62,017 bases of DNA. Origin: an uncultured bacterium (lineage in GTDB: Bacteria; Patescibacteriota; Minisyncoccia; Phycocordibacterales; CAIZLB01). The stretch spans positions 1 through 62,017 of the forward strand of contig CAIZVZ010000004.1 in NCBI GenBank assembly GCA_903936565.1. Direction: 5' to 3'. Of the stretch, positions 1 through 9,503 are shown in pieces. Each line of letters opens with the position of its first letter. Within the stretch, counting starts at the first letter, position 1. The notes beneath the pieces were generated by a model. That model was given only the letters and a program-made list of their open reading frames with translations. It was not told the DNA's origin and made no database searches. The position numbers and the translations under genes are program-made.

Positions 1-483
1 TACATCTCCCCCATCACCTCCGTTACCGGAGCGTATTGATTCTCCAGTGGTGTTGCTGTTACCTGATGTGTTTACACCGATGGTGAAATTACTGATTGTT
101 AGATTAGCAATTATCAAGTTGGTATATCCATTCATTCCTTCATCTAGTGATCCTTCTGGACCTCCTACTCTTGCACGAGCATCAATTGCAATGGAACCAT
201 TGCTTGTTCCATTTCCTGTGATTGTATGACCATTACCATTGATTGTGACGTTATCAGATGATACAGAGAAACAAGTGGATGCTCCACTTGTTGTTAGATC
301 GTTCATTAGGATGTATTCACCTGATATTCCTAACTCACCACAGGTGGTTATCTCTCCTGGGGTGAGCATGGCGGCCTCTGAGGTGTGAGGGGAAAGGAAG
401 GAGAAAGTTAGAGAGAAGAAGAATATTCCGAGCAATAAAATATCTCTTTTTTTGTATATTTTATTGAGTAATATCTTTCTCAT
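1..483 (-). CDS. Secreted parallel beta-helix repeat protein, N-terminal part (partial, runs off left edge)
   Basis: Not in the ORF track. Reverse-strand ATG at 483-481, and I translated 161 codons to position 1 with no stop. The N-terminus MRKILLNKIYKKRDILLLGIFFFSLTFSFLSPHTSEA looks like a signal peptide. It is followed by Gly/Asn/Thr-rich segments (NVTINGNGHTITGNGTSNGSIAID, NLTISNFTIG, SGNGGDGGDV) typical of right-handed beta-helix repeats. Confidence 0.6.
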   Translation of the reverse strand, partial: MRKILLNKIYKKRDILLLGIFFFSLTFSFLSPHTSEAAMLTPGEITTCGELGISGEYILMNDLTTSGASTCFSVSSDNVTINGNGHTITGNGTSNGSIAIDARARVGGPEGSLDEGMNGYTNLIIANLTISNFTIGVNTSGNSNTTGESIRSGNGGDGGDV

Positions 484-586
484 ATATTAGTACAAAAATC
501 GCTCGTGTGAATAGAGGATTTATGTATATATAATACTATTTTTGGGGTTGGTTTGTAAGGGAAAGGTGGATGTAAGCTGGGGATAA

Positions 587-2929
587 CTACTTAGCTATTT
601 CCTGTGCCACATCAAAGGCGATTGAGAGTAATTTTGAGTACCCTCCAGAGTCCATCGTGACTCCATAAATTACACCCGCACGTGACATTGTCTCACGATT
701 ATGGGTAATTAAAATTAACTGAGAATGTTCTGAAAGTGCCTCGATCATATCTCCATATTTTCGAGAATTTGCTTCATCAAGCGCAGCGTCAGTTTCATCC
801 AAGATGATAAATGGAGGCGGATTAACTTGTGACATTGCAAAAAGAAGCGCAATGGAGGTAAGGGCACGCTCACCACCAGAGAGCATCATCAATCCCTTTG
901 TGCGTTTATGAGGCAAAGCGACGTTAATATCAATTCCCTCTTCAACTTCTGGTTCTTCATCATCTTCTCCTGACATTTCAGATAGCTCATCGTCCATTTC
1001 CCCTGTCTTTTTTCGCTTTTTCTTTACTTCCCTTACAAGTTCAAGCGCCGCTGAACCCCCACCAAACATCAACATAAAGAATCTGTTAAATTCGTGATTA
1101 ATTTTATTTATTCCATCTTTAAATAGCTGATTTAATTTATCATCAAGCTCTTTTATGATTATATTCAAAGACTCCACAGACTTAACCAAATCCTCCAACT
1201 CTTTTGCAAGGAAAGCGTCCCTCTCCTCTGCTTCCCTGTATTCTTGCATAATTTCACTTCCCCCAGCTCCACCAGCTTCTTCCAATCTTATTTTTATCTT
1301 TTCAACAGCGCGTCGTCTTTCTATTTGAACATGTCTATTCTCCAGCGCTGCATCCATTGGTAACGCGAAGTCTTCATAAGAAACAGCCATTCTACCAATC
1401 GAAGCGATAGCTTCCTGAATATCTCTATTATAATCCTCTTGCTCAACCTTTATGCGAGATTCACGTAGTTTTACAGCCTCAATTTGAGTATGTAATTCAT
1501 TTTGTCGAGACATCAAAACAAGCACAGCCTTTTCGCTTTCAACATTCTTGTCTTTTTCTTTATCAATACTCTCTTTAATCTTTGAATATTTTTCGGCTTG
1601 AACTGATTCAATTTCTGCAAAACTTGATAGTCGAGATTCAAAATCAGAAATAGTTTCTGTGATTTTCACAATTTCCACCTCTTCGTTTTCAATATTTAAT
1701 GACTCTGTATTTTTATGATGCTCCAAAAATTCTGTAAAGCTTTTTTTGATTTCTGAAAGCGCATCTTTGACATCCTCTAGATTATTGGCGCTAACCGCCT
1801 CCATGGCAATAGTAATTTTTGATTCAACCCCCTTACTCAAACTCTCCACCTCTCTTAGATAAATTTGCTTTGTATTTGACTCACTAGCGTCGCGCATTTT
1901 CTTTTCAATTGCGCGCTTCAAGTATGAGACCTCTCCTTCCAGTCTTCCAATCTCGCGCATACAAGAGTCCTTATCAGCTCTGGTCTTGCGCATTTCTTGA
2001 TCCAATTCCAACAACTCCGATGTCTTAGAACTTTCTCTGTTTTGCTTTTCAACTTGATCCAAAATTTCTCTGTGCTTTGCCAAATCACTTCTCAAATCCT
2101 CAAGCTCTACCGTTGGCTCTTTTAAATCTCTTTCAATTTGTTCCTTTTCTTTCTTTAGATATTCAGTTTCGTATGCAAAATATTCTTTATATTTAAGGGC
2201 CAGTTCTTCACGTAAGGCCACAGCCCTTTCAACTTTTTCTACTTGTTTTTTGAGAAATCTAATATGAGGTGCAATTTCACGACGAAGAGACTCCACTTCT
2301 CTCATGTGAACGGAAGTTTTTTCTAAACGCTTTTGGCTTTCCTCTTTTTTATATTGATAAATCTTGAGACCAAGCGCATCCTCAATCATTTCTTTTCGCT
2401 CACGAGGAAGTGATGAAAGCAATCTATCCGCCTCCCCTTGAGAAATAATATGATGCCCCGATGATCCAATATTTGCATTAGCCAAAAGCTCCACAATATC
2501 CTTAAGACGAACTTGTGTTCCATTCAAATAATATTCATTGACGCCATCTCTATGAACAATACGTTCAATTGAAACTTCATCGAAATCTATATTAAACAGC
2601 CTACCTTCATTTCCAGATCCACCTGTCTCATGGTTATCACTTGAACCATGTCTCTTTCCAGAGTTTGGTAGATTATTAAAAACTAATTTAACTGACGCCC
2701 GATTTGCACGAGGAACATCCTTTCCTCCATTGAAAATCATATCCTCCCCCTTTTTTCCACGCATAGACTTGATGGATTGCTCTCCCAAAACAAACTTAAA
2801 GGCTTCAGCCGCGTTTGATTTTCCAGAACCATTAGGACCAACGATTGATGCAATTGGAGTATTAAAAACAAGCACCGCCTTCTTGGCAAAAGATTTGAAC
2901 CCGTTAATTTCAAGAGATTTTAAGTGCAT
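587..2929 (-). CDS. smc: SMC-like chromosome segregation ATPase, short form with no recognisable hinge
   Basis: N-terminus MHLKSLEINGFKSF with Walker A GPNGSGKSN. Long Glu/Lys/Leu coiled-coil middle. LEEAGG..IMQEYREAEERDAFL matches the SMC C-terminal coiled-coil exit. Signature LSGGERALT and Walker B FIILDETDAALD are present. Only 780 aa. Confidence 0.8.
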   Translation of the reverse strand: MHLKSLEINGFKSFAKKAVLVFNTPIASIVGPNGSGKSNAAEAFKFVLGEQSIKSMRGKKGEDMIFNGGKDVPRANRASVKLVFNNLPNSGKRHGSSDNHETGGSGNEGRLFNIDFDEVSIERIVHRDGVNEYYLNGTQVRLKDIVELLANANIGSSGHHIISQGEADRLLSSLPRERKEMIEDALGLKIYQYKKEESQKRLEKTSVHMREVESLRREIAPHIRFLKKQVEKVERAVALREELALKYKEYFAYETEYLKKEKEQIERDLKEPTVELEDLRSDLAKHREILDQVEKQNRESSKTSELLELDQEMRKTRADKDSCMREIGRLEGEVSYLKRAIEKKMRDASESNTKQIYLREVESLSKGVESKITIAMEAVSANNLEDVKDALSEIKKSFTEFLEHHKNTESLNIENEEVEIVKITETISDFESRLSSFAEIESVQAEKYSKIKESIDKEKDKNVESEKAVLVLMSRQNELHTQIEAVKLRESRIKVEQEDYNRDIQEAIASIGRMAVSYEDFALPMDAALENRHVQIERRRAVEKIKIRLEEAGGAGGSEIMQEYREAEERDAFLAKELEDLVKSVESLNIIIKELDDKLNQLFKDGINKINHEFNRFFMLMFGGGSAALELVREVKKKRKKTGEMDDELSEMSGEDDEEPEVEEGIDINVALPHKRTKGLMMLSGGERALTSIALLFAMSQVNPPPFIILDETDAALDEANSRKYGDMIEALSEHSQLILITHNRETMSRAGVIYGVTMDSGGYSKLLSIAFDVAQEIAK

Positions 2930-2948
2930 TGTTTGGTGGTTTAAATAA

Positions 2949-4007
2949 TTAGTTTACTTTCTCAAGGTGTAATTGAACAACAAAGTCTTGTGGAAGAACT
3001 TGAGTTGCTGAACCAGCAACACCCTCTATTTGTTGTAAATTAGACAAACATTTCTGAATATCTTCTTTACTATCCTTGCATTTATATACAAGATTTACAA
3101 TATCGTAACCAAAGGCCGCTCCAAGACTTGGTTCCTTTCCAAATTTACTTTTATATTTTGCTTTAAAATCCAAAGCCCTATCGGGTAATGAAAAACCGTA
3201 CGCTGTAGTATAAAATGACATACCCTCCAATTGCTTTTGAGTATCTTTATCGGCCAATACGACAGAAGATTCAACAACTGGAATACCTATTTTTAATTGA
3301 TAAGCAGCCTTAACAATTGCAACAGCCTCACCCGGAGTAGAGTCAACGAACACAAGCACATCGGCACCTGAGTCTTTAATCTTAGTCATAAAAGTATTGT
3401 AGTCTTTTTCAGCAGGTAAAAATGATTCTGAATAAACTATTTTTTTACCATATTTATCACTATATTCCTGAATCTTATCCTTTACAGAATTACCTAATTC
3501 ATCATTTCGATATAGCAATGCAATTTTTGTACTCTTTAGCACAGGAGATATTGGATCAGTAAATGTTGGACCTGAATAATTAGCAGGATCGGTATAATAT
3601 CTTGTTGTATAGTCATTCACAATTGAATCATGTTTAGCAGCAACGAGTGACACCAGCAATGGCTCCTTTCTCTCTAAGGCAATTTTCGATAATGGAACAG
3701 ATACAATAGACAATGCGGAGACGGTAAGATTAACATTTTTATTTTGAAGAGAATTATATGCAGAAATTCCATCGACAGCTGTAGATTTACTATCCTCATA
3801 CAAAACTTTTAGATCTGGCTTTTCCTCAAGGGCCAATTGCATTCCGTTCTTCATTGTCTCGCCCCAAATAGCAGCTGGACCAGTCATTGGAAGTATCGCT
3901 CCAACTGTGAATTCACCGTTCTTTGTAGACTGCGTTTTTGTAATCACGAGCAGTATTATAGCTACAACAAGAACAATGGCCCAGATTATTTTCTTTTTCA
4001 TATACAA
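2949..4007 (-). CDS. Type-1 periplasmic binding protein, LivJ-like ABC substrate-binding protein
   Basis: N-terminal membrane anchor or signal (KKKIIWAIVLVVAIILLV), then FTVGAILPMTGPAAIWGETMKNGMQLALEE, the typical start of Leu/Ile/Val-binding-protein-family receptors. Confidence 0.65.
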   Translation of the reverse strand: MYMKKKIIWAIVLVVAIILLVITKTQSTKNGEFTVGAILPMTGPAAIWGETMKNGMQLALEEKPDLKVLYEDSKSTAVDGISAYNSLQNKNVNLTVSALSIVSVPLSKIALERKEPLLVSLVAAKHDSIVNDYTTRYYTDPANYSGPTFTDPISPVLKSTKIALLYRNDELGNSVKDKIQEYSDKYGKKIVYSESFLPAEKDYNTFMTKIKDSGADVLVFVDSTPGEAVAIVKAAYQLKIGIPVVESSVVLADKDTQKQLEGMSFYTTAYGFSLPDRALDFKAKYKSKFGKEPSLGAAFGYDIVNLVYKCKDSKEDIQKCLSNLQQIEGVAGSATQVLPQDFVVQLHLEKVN

Positions 4008-4219
4008 TTAATATTAATCTAAATAAAGACTCAAGCTTATATAATATAACATATTATATGGGAAATTAGTATAACTTAATAAGGCTAGATAAGTTATTCT
4101 ACAACGGCTCTCACTACACATTTGAGAAACCCTACCCACCTCACCACTCCATAAAGTCTTCAGCAATTCTGTATACAATCTTCATAGAAGCATTAACTCG
4201 TTTTGTTATATTTACCACC

Positions 4220-4717
4220 ATGATAATTCAAGAAAGTAAAATAAATATGTATATAGACGGCAACAATCTTCATCGAGCAGCAAAAGAGCTTGGTTTTGAA
4301 ATTGACTACAGAAAATTTAGAGGGTGGCTTGGACAAAAGTACAATATAAAAATAGCATATCTATTTATCGGTTTTATGAATGATAGACTAAGTTTTTACG
4401 AATATCTTGAAAGATGTGGATTTTGTTTGATATTTAAACAAACCTTAATTTATAGAGGGGTAGTAAAGGGTAATTGCGATGCGGAATTGATATTAAAAAT
4501 TATTTCAGATTTTTATACAAAGTCCTACGATAAGTGTTATTTAGTAAGTGGCGACGGTGATTTCAGCTGTGTTGTAGAATTTTTAAGAGACAACAATGTA
4601 TTTATGGCCATAATTTCGCCAGATAGTAATAAATGTTCTATTTTTCTTAGAGATAAAAATGTTGAAATAGTATTTTTAAATAATCATTATCACAAATTTT
4701 CCAAAAGGATAGTTTAA
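4220..4717 (+). CDS. NYN-domain (LabA-like) protein
   Basis: YIDGNNLHRAAKELGFEIDYRKFRGWL near the N-terminus and VSGDGDFSCVVEFL later match the NYN/LabA ribonuclease-like fold pattern. Confidence 0.6.
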   Translation: MIIQESKINMYIDGNNLHRAAKELGFEIDYRKFRGWLGQKYNIKIAYLFIGFMNDRLSFYEYLERCGFCLIFKQTLIYRGVVKGNCDAELILKIISDFYTKSYDKCYLVSGDGDFSCVVEFLRDNNVFMAIISPDSNKCSIFLRDKNVEIVFLNNHYHKFSKRIV

Positions 4718-4734
4718 AAAGGAAAAGGCCCCCG

Positions 4735-4752
4735 ATGCAGACGCATCTGCAT
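4735..4752. terminator. Hairpin between convergent genes (weak terminator candidate)
   Basis: ATGCAGA-cgca-TCTGCAT gives a 7-bp perfect stem between the NYN gene (+) and rnc (-). There is no clear U tract. Confidence 0.3.
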
Positions 4753-4822
4753 AAGGGTCCCTTTCATCGTGTGAGTATATTATATAAAAACCAGATTTTT
4801 TGTCAAGCAAAATTTACCTAAT

Positions 4823-5524
4823 TTACCACCCCTTAATTTCAAGCGCCTTCTCCGCTGCCATTTGCTCCGCCTCTTGTTTTGACTTACCCTCACCTTCTGT
4901 AATCTCCTCTTCACCAACTGTTACTGAAACTGTGAAAATTTTATTATGGTCAGGTCCAACCTCTTTCACCAACTTATACGATGGAGTAAATCCCGCTTTC
5001 TCTTGTGCCATTTCTTGGAACCTACTCTTTGCATCAATAAACTTCTTATTCTCAATAATCTCATCGATCTGATCAAACAATTGCTTTGCAATAAATCCCC
5101 CAGCCACCTCGTAGCCTTGATCTAGATAAATCGCCCCCACAACAGATTCAAATGTGTTTGCTAGAATATATTGTCTTGCCCTTCCAACATCTCTTGACTC
5201 CCCCTTTGAAAGCAACAAAAATGCATTCATACCAACTTTCTCGGCTGCTGTCGCTAGTGTTTCTGCCTTAACAAGAGCGGAACGAAGCGCTGTTAATTCC
5301 CCCTCATTCTTTCCTGGAAATTTCTTATACAAAAAGTCTGTAACAACTAGCTCCAAGACCGCATCACCCAAGAATTCCAATCTTTCATTATGCTCCAATT
5401 TTAGACTTCTATTCTCATTCAAATAAGACCTGTGAGTAAAGGCCTTCTTAATTAAATCTTTATCGATAAAAGATATTCCTATCGATGTTTCAAATTCTTC
5501 AAAATTTATACTATTACTATTCAT
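4823..5524 (-). CDS. rnc: Ribonuclease III
   Basis: RNase III signature ERLEFLGDAVLELVVTDFLY, plus a C-terminal dsRBD-like segment (GPDHNKIFTVSVTVGEE..GEGKSKQEAEQMAAEKAL). Confidence 0.9.
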   Translation of the reverse strand: MNSNSINFEEFETSIGISFIDKDLIKKAFTHRSYLNENRSLKLEHNERLEFLGDAVLELVVTDFLYKKFPGKNEGELTALRSALVKAETLATAAEKVGMNAFLLLSKGESRDVGRARQYILANTFESVVGAIYLDQGYEVAGGFIAKQLFDQIDEIIENKKFIDAKSRFQEMAQEKAGFTPSYKLVKEVGPDHNKIFTVSVTVGEEEITEGEGKSKQEAEQMAAEKALEIKGW

Positions 5525-5528
5525 TTTA

Positions 5529-6488
5529 TTAGTTTAATACTTCCTCTGTAACCTCAGTCTTTTCAGCCGTTGTTGCGCTGGACTTAGCCTTCTTACCTGA
5601 CAACTTGCCAAGCGCCTTAACAATTATCGGCATAATGTCATTATAAAAATTTAATGTTAGAATTTCTTTAACATTAAACCACTGAACATTATCAAGTCCG
5701 CCCTTTCCTTCTTCAAGCTTGAGTGGTTTATATTCCGCTTCGGCTAGAAAATAAATCACCTGCTTTCTAATTTTACCCTCTTCTGGATGCGATGCAATAT
5801 ATTCATTGCTTGCCAACTCATCTTTAATTTCAACCGGCACGCCAATTTCTTGTTCAATCTTTTCAGCTGCCGCAACCTTAACATCCTTTGTCATATCAAT
5901 TCCACCTTTTGATAGTGTCCAGTGTCCAAAGACATCGTGAACTAGAGCAAGATAAATTTCTCCTTCATGTTTTGAATAGACAACTCCACCGGCCAAAGTT
6001 TTTATTGGCATTTCTTCATACGGAATATCCTTGTTTTTCTTAGGAGTTCTTACCTCATCTTTTCCAGGCTCCCCTAATTCTTTATAAACCGCACCAAGAA
6101 CACCGTTCACAAACTTTCCTGAAGTCTCTCCACCAAAACTTTTTGCAAGCTCAATTGATTCATTGATTGCAACTTTGGCTGGCACTTCTTTTCTGTCAGC
6201 AAAAATTAACTCATATAGTCCAAGTCTCAGAACATTTCTATCGACATTGGCAATTTTGTCTATTGGCCACTCCGGCGCAGCTTTCCCGATAATCATATCT
6301 AGGTCTGCCTTCTTTTTTACTACACCGTCTGCCAATTTTTTTGCAAAAGAAAAGTCGCTCATACCAGGAGCGAACTCTTCCGCATTTCTAACTACTATAT
6401 CACCAATCAAATTGTTATCTACCTCCCTAAAGTCCCACTCAAAGAGTGATTGTAGGACTACTGATCTTAAGAGATGTCTGTTTGCCAT
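5529..6488 (-). CDS. nusB: NusB antitermination factor fused to a C-terminal Nudix-fold domain
   Basis: The N-terminal ~140 aa match NusB (RNVLRLGLYELIF...AINESIELAKSFGGETSGKFVNGVLG). The C-terminal ~150 aa (AGGVVYSKHEGEIYLALV..WTLSKGGIDMTKDVKVAAAEKIEQEIGV) look like a Nudix fold with a degenerate Nudix box. The stop is 4 nt upstream of the rnc start. Confidence 0.75.
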   Translation of the reverse strand: MANRHLLRSVVLQSLFEWDFREVDNNLIGDIVVRNAEEFAPGMSDFSFAKKLADGVVKKKADLDMIIGKAAPEWPIDKIANVDRNVLRLGLYELIFADRKEVPAKVAINESIELAKSFGGETSGKFVNGVLGAVYKELGEPGKDEVRTPKKNKDIPYEEMPIKTLAGGVVYSKHEGEIYLALVHDVFGHWTLSKGGIDMTKDVKVAAAEKIEQEIGVPVEIKDELASNEYIASHPEEGKIRKQVIYFLAEAEYKPLKLEEGKGGLDNVQWFNVKEILTLNFYNDIMPIIVKALGKLSGKKAKSSATTAEKTEVTEEVLN

Positions 6489-6542
6489 ACTGTTTTATAT
6501 TTTGATGAAAGTGCTAAATGTGCTGTTCCGTGACCTTGATAA

Positions 6543-6809
6543 TTATTTCTTTGCTGTAACCTTTTTAACTTTTGCTGCCTTTGGTTTTGACTTTGAAGCT
6601 GCCTTTTTCTCCTTTTTTGTCTTCTTTGGAGCCTTTACCTTCTTTGCTAAAACGTCAATTCCCTTATATTTACCGCAACCAGAACAAGCTCTGTGCTTTT
6701 GCTTTAGAGCTCCGCAATCCTTACAAAGAGTAGCATCCACTGCTGTTAGAGCGTGGTGACTTCTTCTGTTTCCGGTGTGACCGGATGTGTGTCTCATGTG
6801 ATTTACCAT
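6543..6809 (-). CDS. rpmF: 50S ribosomal protein L32 with a Lys-rich C-terminal tail
   Basis: [15 protein letters not shown] plus the zinc-ribbon cysteines CKDCG...CSGCG fit L32. The tail is [33 protein letters not shown]. Confidence 0.8.
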   Translation of the reverse strand: MVNHMRHTSGHTGNRRSHHALTAVDATLCKDCGALKQKHRACSGCGKYKGIDVLAKKVKAPKKTKKEKKAASKSKPKAAKVKKVTAKK

Positions 6810-6906
6810 ATATTGGAAATAATAGCTTATTATTGGAGTTTTTGCAAGAATTATCGACGATCAGGATAGGAATATAGACCACCCGAGAGGACACCCAAAC
6901 GACTAG

Positions 6907-7878
6907 CTAATACCAAATCGTCCTAGTCCTATGATATGGCTTTTCAATGACTATATTTTGGCACCTGAACCATAGTATTCTATGGACCAAAGCATCGTTT
7001 ATTTCTGGTATAATTTTCTTTAATTTTAGCGCTATTTCATGCTCCGCTTTTAGTGTGAATGCTCTAATCTCTATTTCCTCATCGCTCCCCGCAGGTATTT
7101 CAATCTTATTATCAACCAGATCAGCCAAATCATCAGTGTACTCTATTATACCCAGACTTCTTAAAATCTGTGGGGCTCTATAATCCGCCAATCCAGTCAA
7201 CCCTTCCTTGCCATGCATCTCATACGGAATCGTTCCACTTTTTGATAATTGAAACAGATATGAAGCAGTTATTTGTACTCTTTTATATAGGTGCACAGTA
7301 TGACCATGAAAATCTTCTGAATCATCAAAAACCGAAGGAAGATCGTTTACCAGGTTTTCCACAATTTTATTTACGTCCCCACCAGCATTCAAGATTACAT
7401 TACTAAATAAACCAGAATACTTTGTAATAATCATGGATCCTAAGTCTCTAAGCATCACAACCCTCTCTTTTAGAAAAGGTATCTCAGGTGTGCCCCTAAA
7501 AATATTTTCAAGATCTTTCTCTGTAATTGAAGATAAATATTCTGCATTCAAAAGATTGTAACACTCAATTATTCCACGTTTAATTGATCTAATTAAGGCT
7601 TCGCTACCATCATAATTTTTATCATCAACAACAATAGTCCATTTAGGATCACCCCAAAAACAAAATTGCATCGTTCCAATTATCATGGAATAGGCAATGT
7701 GTTCTTCCGGACCCATATCACTCGATAGAGATTTATCGCCCTTGATATCTGAATTATTCAATTCTTCTGGTTCTACATCTTCGATAAAACTGTCGATTGC
7801 ATCTGTATTTAATTTTACAAACTTTGCCTGTTTAATAACTGGTTCAATCGAATCTAATATTTTATCGCTTATAAACAT
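6907..7878 (-). CDS. Queuosine salvage protein family (DUF2419 / QNG1-like)
   Basis: Several blocks are collinear with my recollection of human QNG1/C9orf64. These are FCFWGD (FSFW), LYKRVQI (FYKRAQI), LADYRAPQILR (FADYRLPQVL), EEIEIRA (EVEIRG) and a C-terminal YHRTRTIWY (FHRIRCIYY). Confidence 0.7.
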   Translation of the reverse strand: MFISDKILDSIEPVIKQAKFVKLNTDAIDSFIEDVEPEELNNSDIKGDKSLSSDMGPEEHIAYSMIIGTMQFCFWGDPKWTIVVDDKNYDGSEALIRSIKRGIIECYNLLNAEYLSSITEKDLENIFRGTPEIPFLKERVVMLRDLGSMIITKYSGLFSNVILNAGGDVNKIVENLVNDLPSVFDDSEDFHGHTVHLYKRVQITASYLFQLSKSGTIPYEMHGKEGLTGLADYRAPQILRSLGIIEYTDDLADLVDNKIEIPAGSDEEIEIRAFTLKAEHEIALKLKKIIPEINDALVHRILWFRCQNIVIEKPYHRTRTIWY

Positions 7879-7883
7879 ATTAT

Positions 7884-8405
7884 TTATATATTACTTGTTT
7901 TGTCATAACCCAATTCTTTTGCTCGCCCTACTGACTTCTCTAAGAAATATATCCAATGATCATAATCCTTGTTTTCATTGTGCAACTTCCATTTTGAAAT
8001 TATCTCGTCTGCTGTAACCCACACGAGGGTAAATTTTTCATGAGGCTCAAGCTTCGTATCGATTGTGTTCTTACTTTTCAATATAACAAGGAAGCATGTT
8101 GCTCTACCTACCCTATTAACGTTTTTTAAAATATTATGAAAGTGTGTTTCCGCCTCAGCAATCTTTTCTACATATAAGTAGTCATCCAAGCCACTTTCTT
8201 CAACCACTTCTCTTAGAACTCCCTCTTGAATATCTTCGCCAGTATCAACTCCTCCAGAAAATAATCTATATTTACCTTTCTGTATTTGATCGCCCACAGC
8301 ATATCTTTGACTTTCTGGGTCGAACACAACAGCGCAACCTCCGTCACGCCTTTCTTCATTTTCTCTTTTAATTCCAAATTCAGGGATATCTATTGAAGGG
8401 TTCAT
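7884..8405 (-). CDS. Nudix hydrolase
   Basis: Intact Nudix box GGVDTGEDIQEGVLREVVEESGL (G-x5-E-x7-REVxEESG). The stop is 5 nt upstream of the QNG1-like start. Confidence 0.8.
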   Translation of the reverse strand: MNPSIDIPEFGIKRENEERRDGGCAVVFDPESQRYAVGDQIQKGKYRLFSGGVDTGEDIQEGVLREVVEESGLDDYLYVEKIAEAETHFHNILKNVNRVGRATCFLVILKSKNTIDTKLEPHEKFTLVWVTADEIISKWKLHNENKDYDHWIYFLEKSVGRAKELGYDKTSNI

Positions 8406-8468
8406 GGTTTAAATATGTTATGTATTAATGATTAGTATGTTAGCACATATTTATAATTTAATGGGAGC

Positions 8469-9503
8469 TTATTTACTATCACCATTAGTCTCCAAAAAAA
8501 TAACCCTGATTATGTCGTCTATCGGCATTTCGTCGATTAAAATATCATCTATCATTAAATCTGAAGAGATGATTTCTGAAGCTATTCTTTTGACCGATTC
8601 TCTTCCGACCCTAATGGACGCCCTAATACCTTGATAATCTTCAATTACACCAAACCTCTCCAGGTCTTCCCGCCTAATTGGCTCAATAGATGTAATCCTG
8701 ATTATCTTGTCTGTTGCATATGTTGAGATTAGGTGCGCCAATTTTCCATCGTAAATTATTTTTCCAAAATTGATGATAATAACCCTATCGCACAACTCTT
8801 TGATATCATCCATGTAGTGGGATGTAAGAATTATAGTTGTTTTCTTTAGATGATTATATTTTTTAATAAAATCTCTGACATTCTTCTGTGCAACGACATC
8901 AAGACCAATTGTTGGTTCATCCAAAAACAACACTTTTGGACCATGCAGTAGCGATGCTACCAATTCGCATTTCATGCGTTGCCCCAGAGATAGTTTTTTA
9001 ACCTGAACATCTAATACATCTTCAATTCCTAGTAGTTTCGTGAGTTCCTCTATAATTGATTTAAAATCTTCATCACTGATTTCACTAAATGCCTTAAACA
9101 GCGTGAAGTTATCCATTGGAGTTATCAAACGAGCCAGCTGATCCTTTTGACCCATTACAATTCCAAACTTTTTCTTAAAGTCTTTTTGTCTTTTCTGCGG
9201 ATTATACCCAAGCACACTCACTTGACCAGCGCTTGGGTATAAAATACCTGACAGCATTTTTAACGTTGTTGTCTTACCAGCCCCATTCGGACCAAGGAAG
9301 CCAACTATTTCACCCTCTTCTATTTTAAATGAAATATTATCAACCGCATCCTTGTATGACTTTTTGCGATAAAACAAAGATTTAATTGTACCAAAAAGTC
9401 CCGCCTGTTTACGGTAGAATTCAAATCTTTTTGATAAATTTTTTACATCAATTATGCTCATTTTTTTATTTATATTTATTTTTTTACGAACCACTTGCTT
9501 CAT
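8469..9503 (-). CDS. ABC transporter ATP-binding protein (ABC-2 type)
   Basis: Walker A GPNGAGKTTTLKMLSG, signature LSLGQRMK and Walker B LFLDEPTIGLD. The start is more likely the internal MSIIDVKNLSKRF (ATG at 9461), which would remove the overlap with the upstream permease. Confidence 0.85.
   Translation of the reverse strand: MKQVVRKKININKKMSIIDVKNLSKRFEFYRKQAGLFGTIKSLFYRKKSYKDAVDNISFKIEEGEIVGFLGPNGAGKTTTLKMLSGILYPSAGQVSVLGYNPQKRQKDFKKKFGIVMGQKDQLARLITPMDNFTLFKAFSEISDEDFKSIIEELTKLLGIEDVLDVQVKKLSLGQRMKCELVASLLHGPKVLFLDEPTIGLDVVAQKNVRDFIKKYNHLKKTTIILTSHYMDDIKELCDRVIIINFGKIIYDGKLAHLISTYATDKIIRITSIEPIRREDLERFGVIEDYQGIRASIRVGRESVKRIASEIISSDLMIDDILIDEMPIDDIIRVIFLETNGDSK

Noticed and set aside
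6163-6759. 198-aa ORF on the + strand
   Set aside because: It is antisense to the well-supported nusB and rpmF genes and spans their intergenic gap. Its Phe/Ser/Ala-rich low-complexity translation is typical of a shadow ORF opposite Lys/Glu-rich coding sequence.
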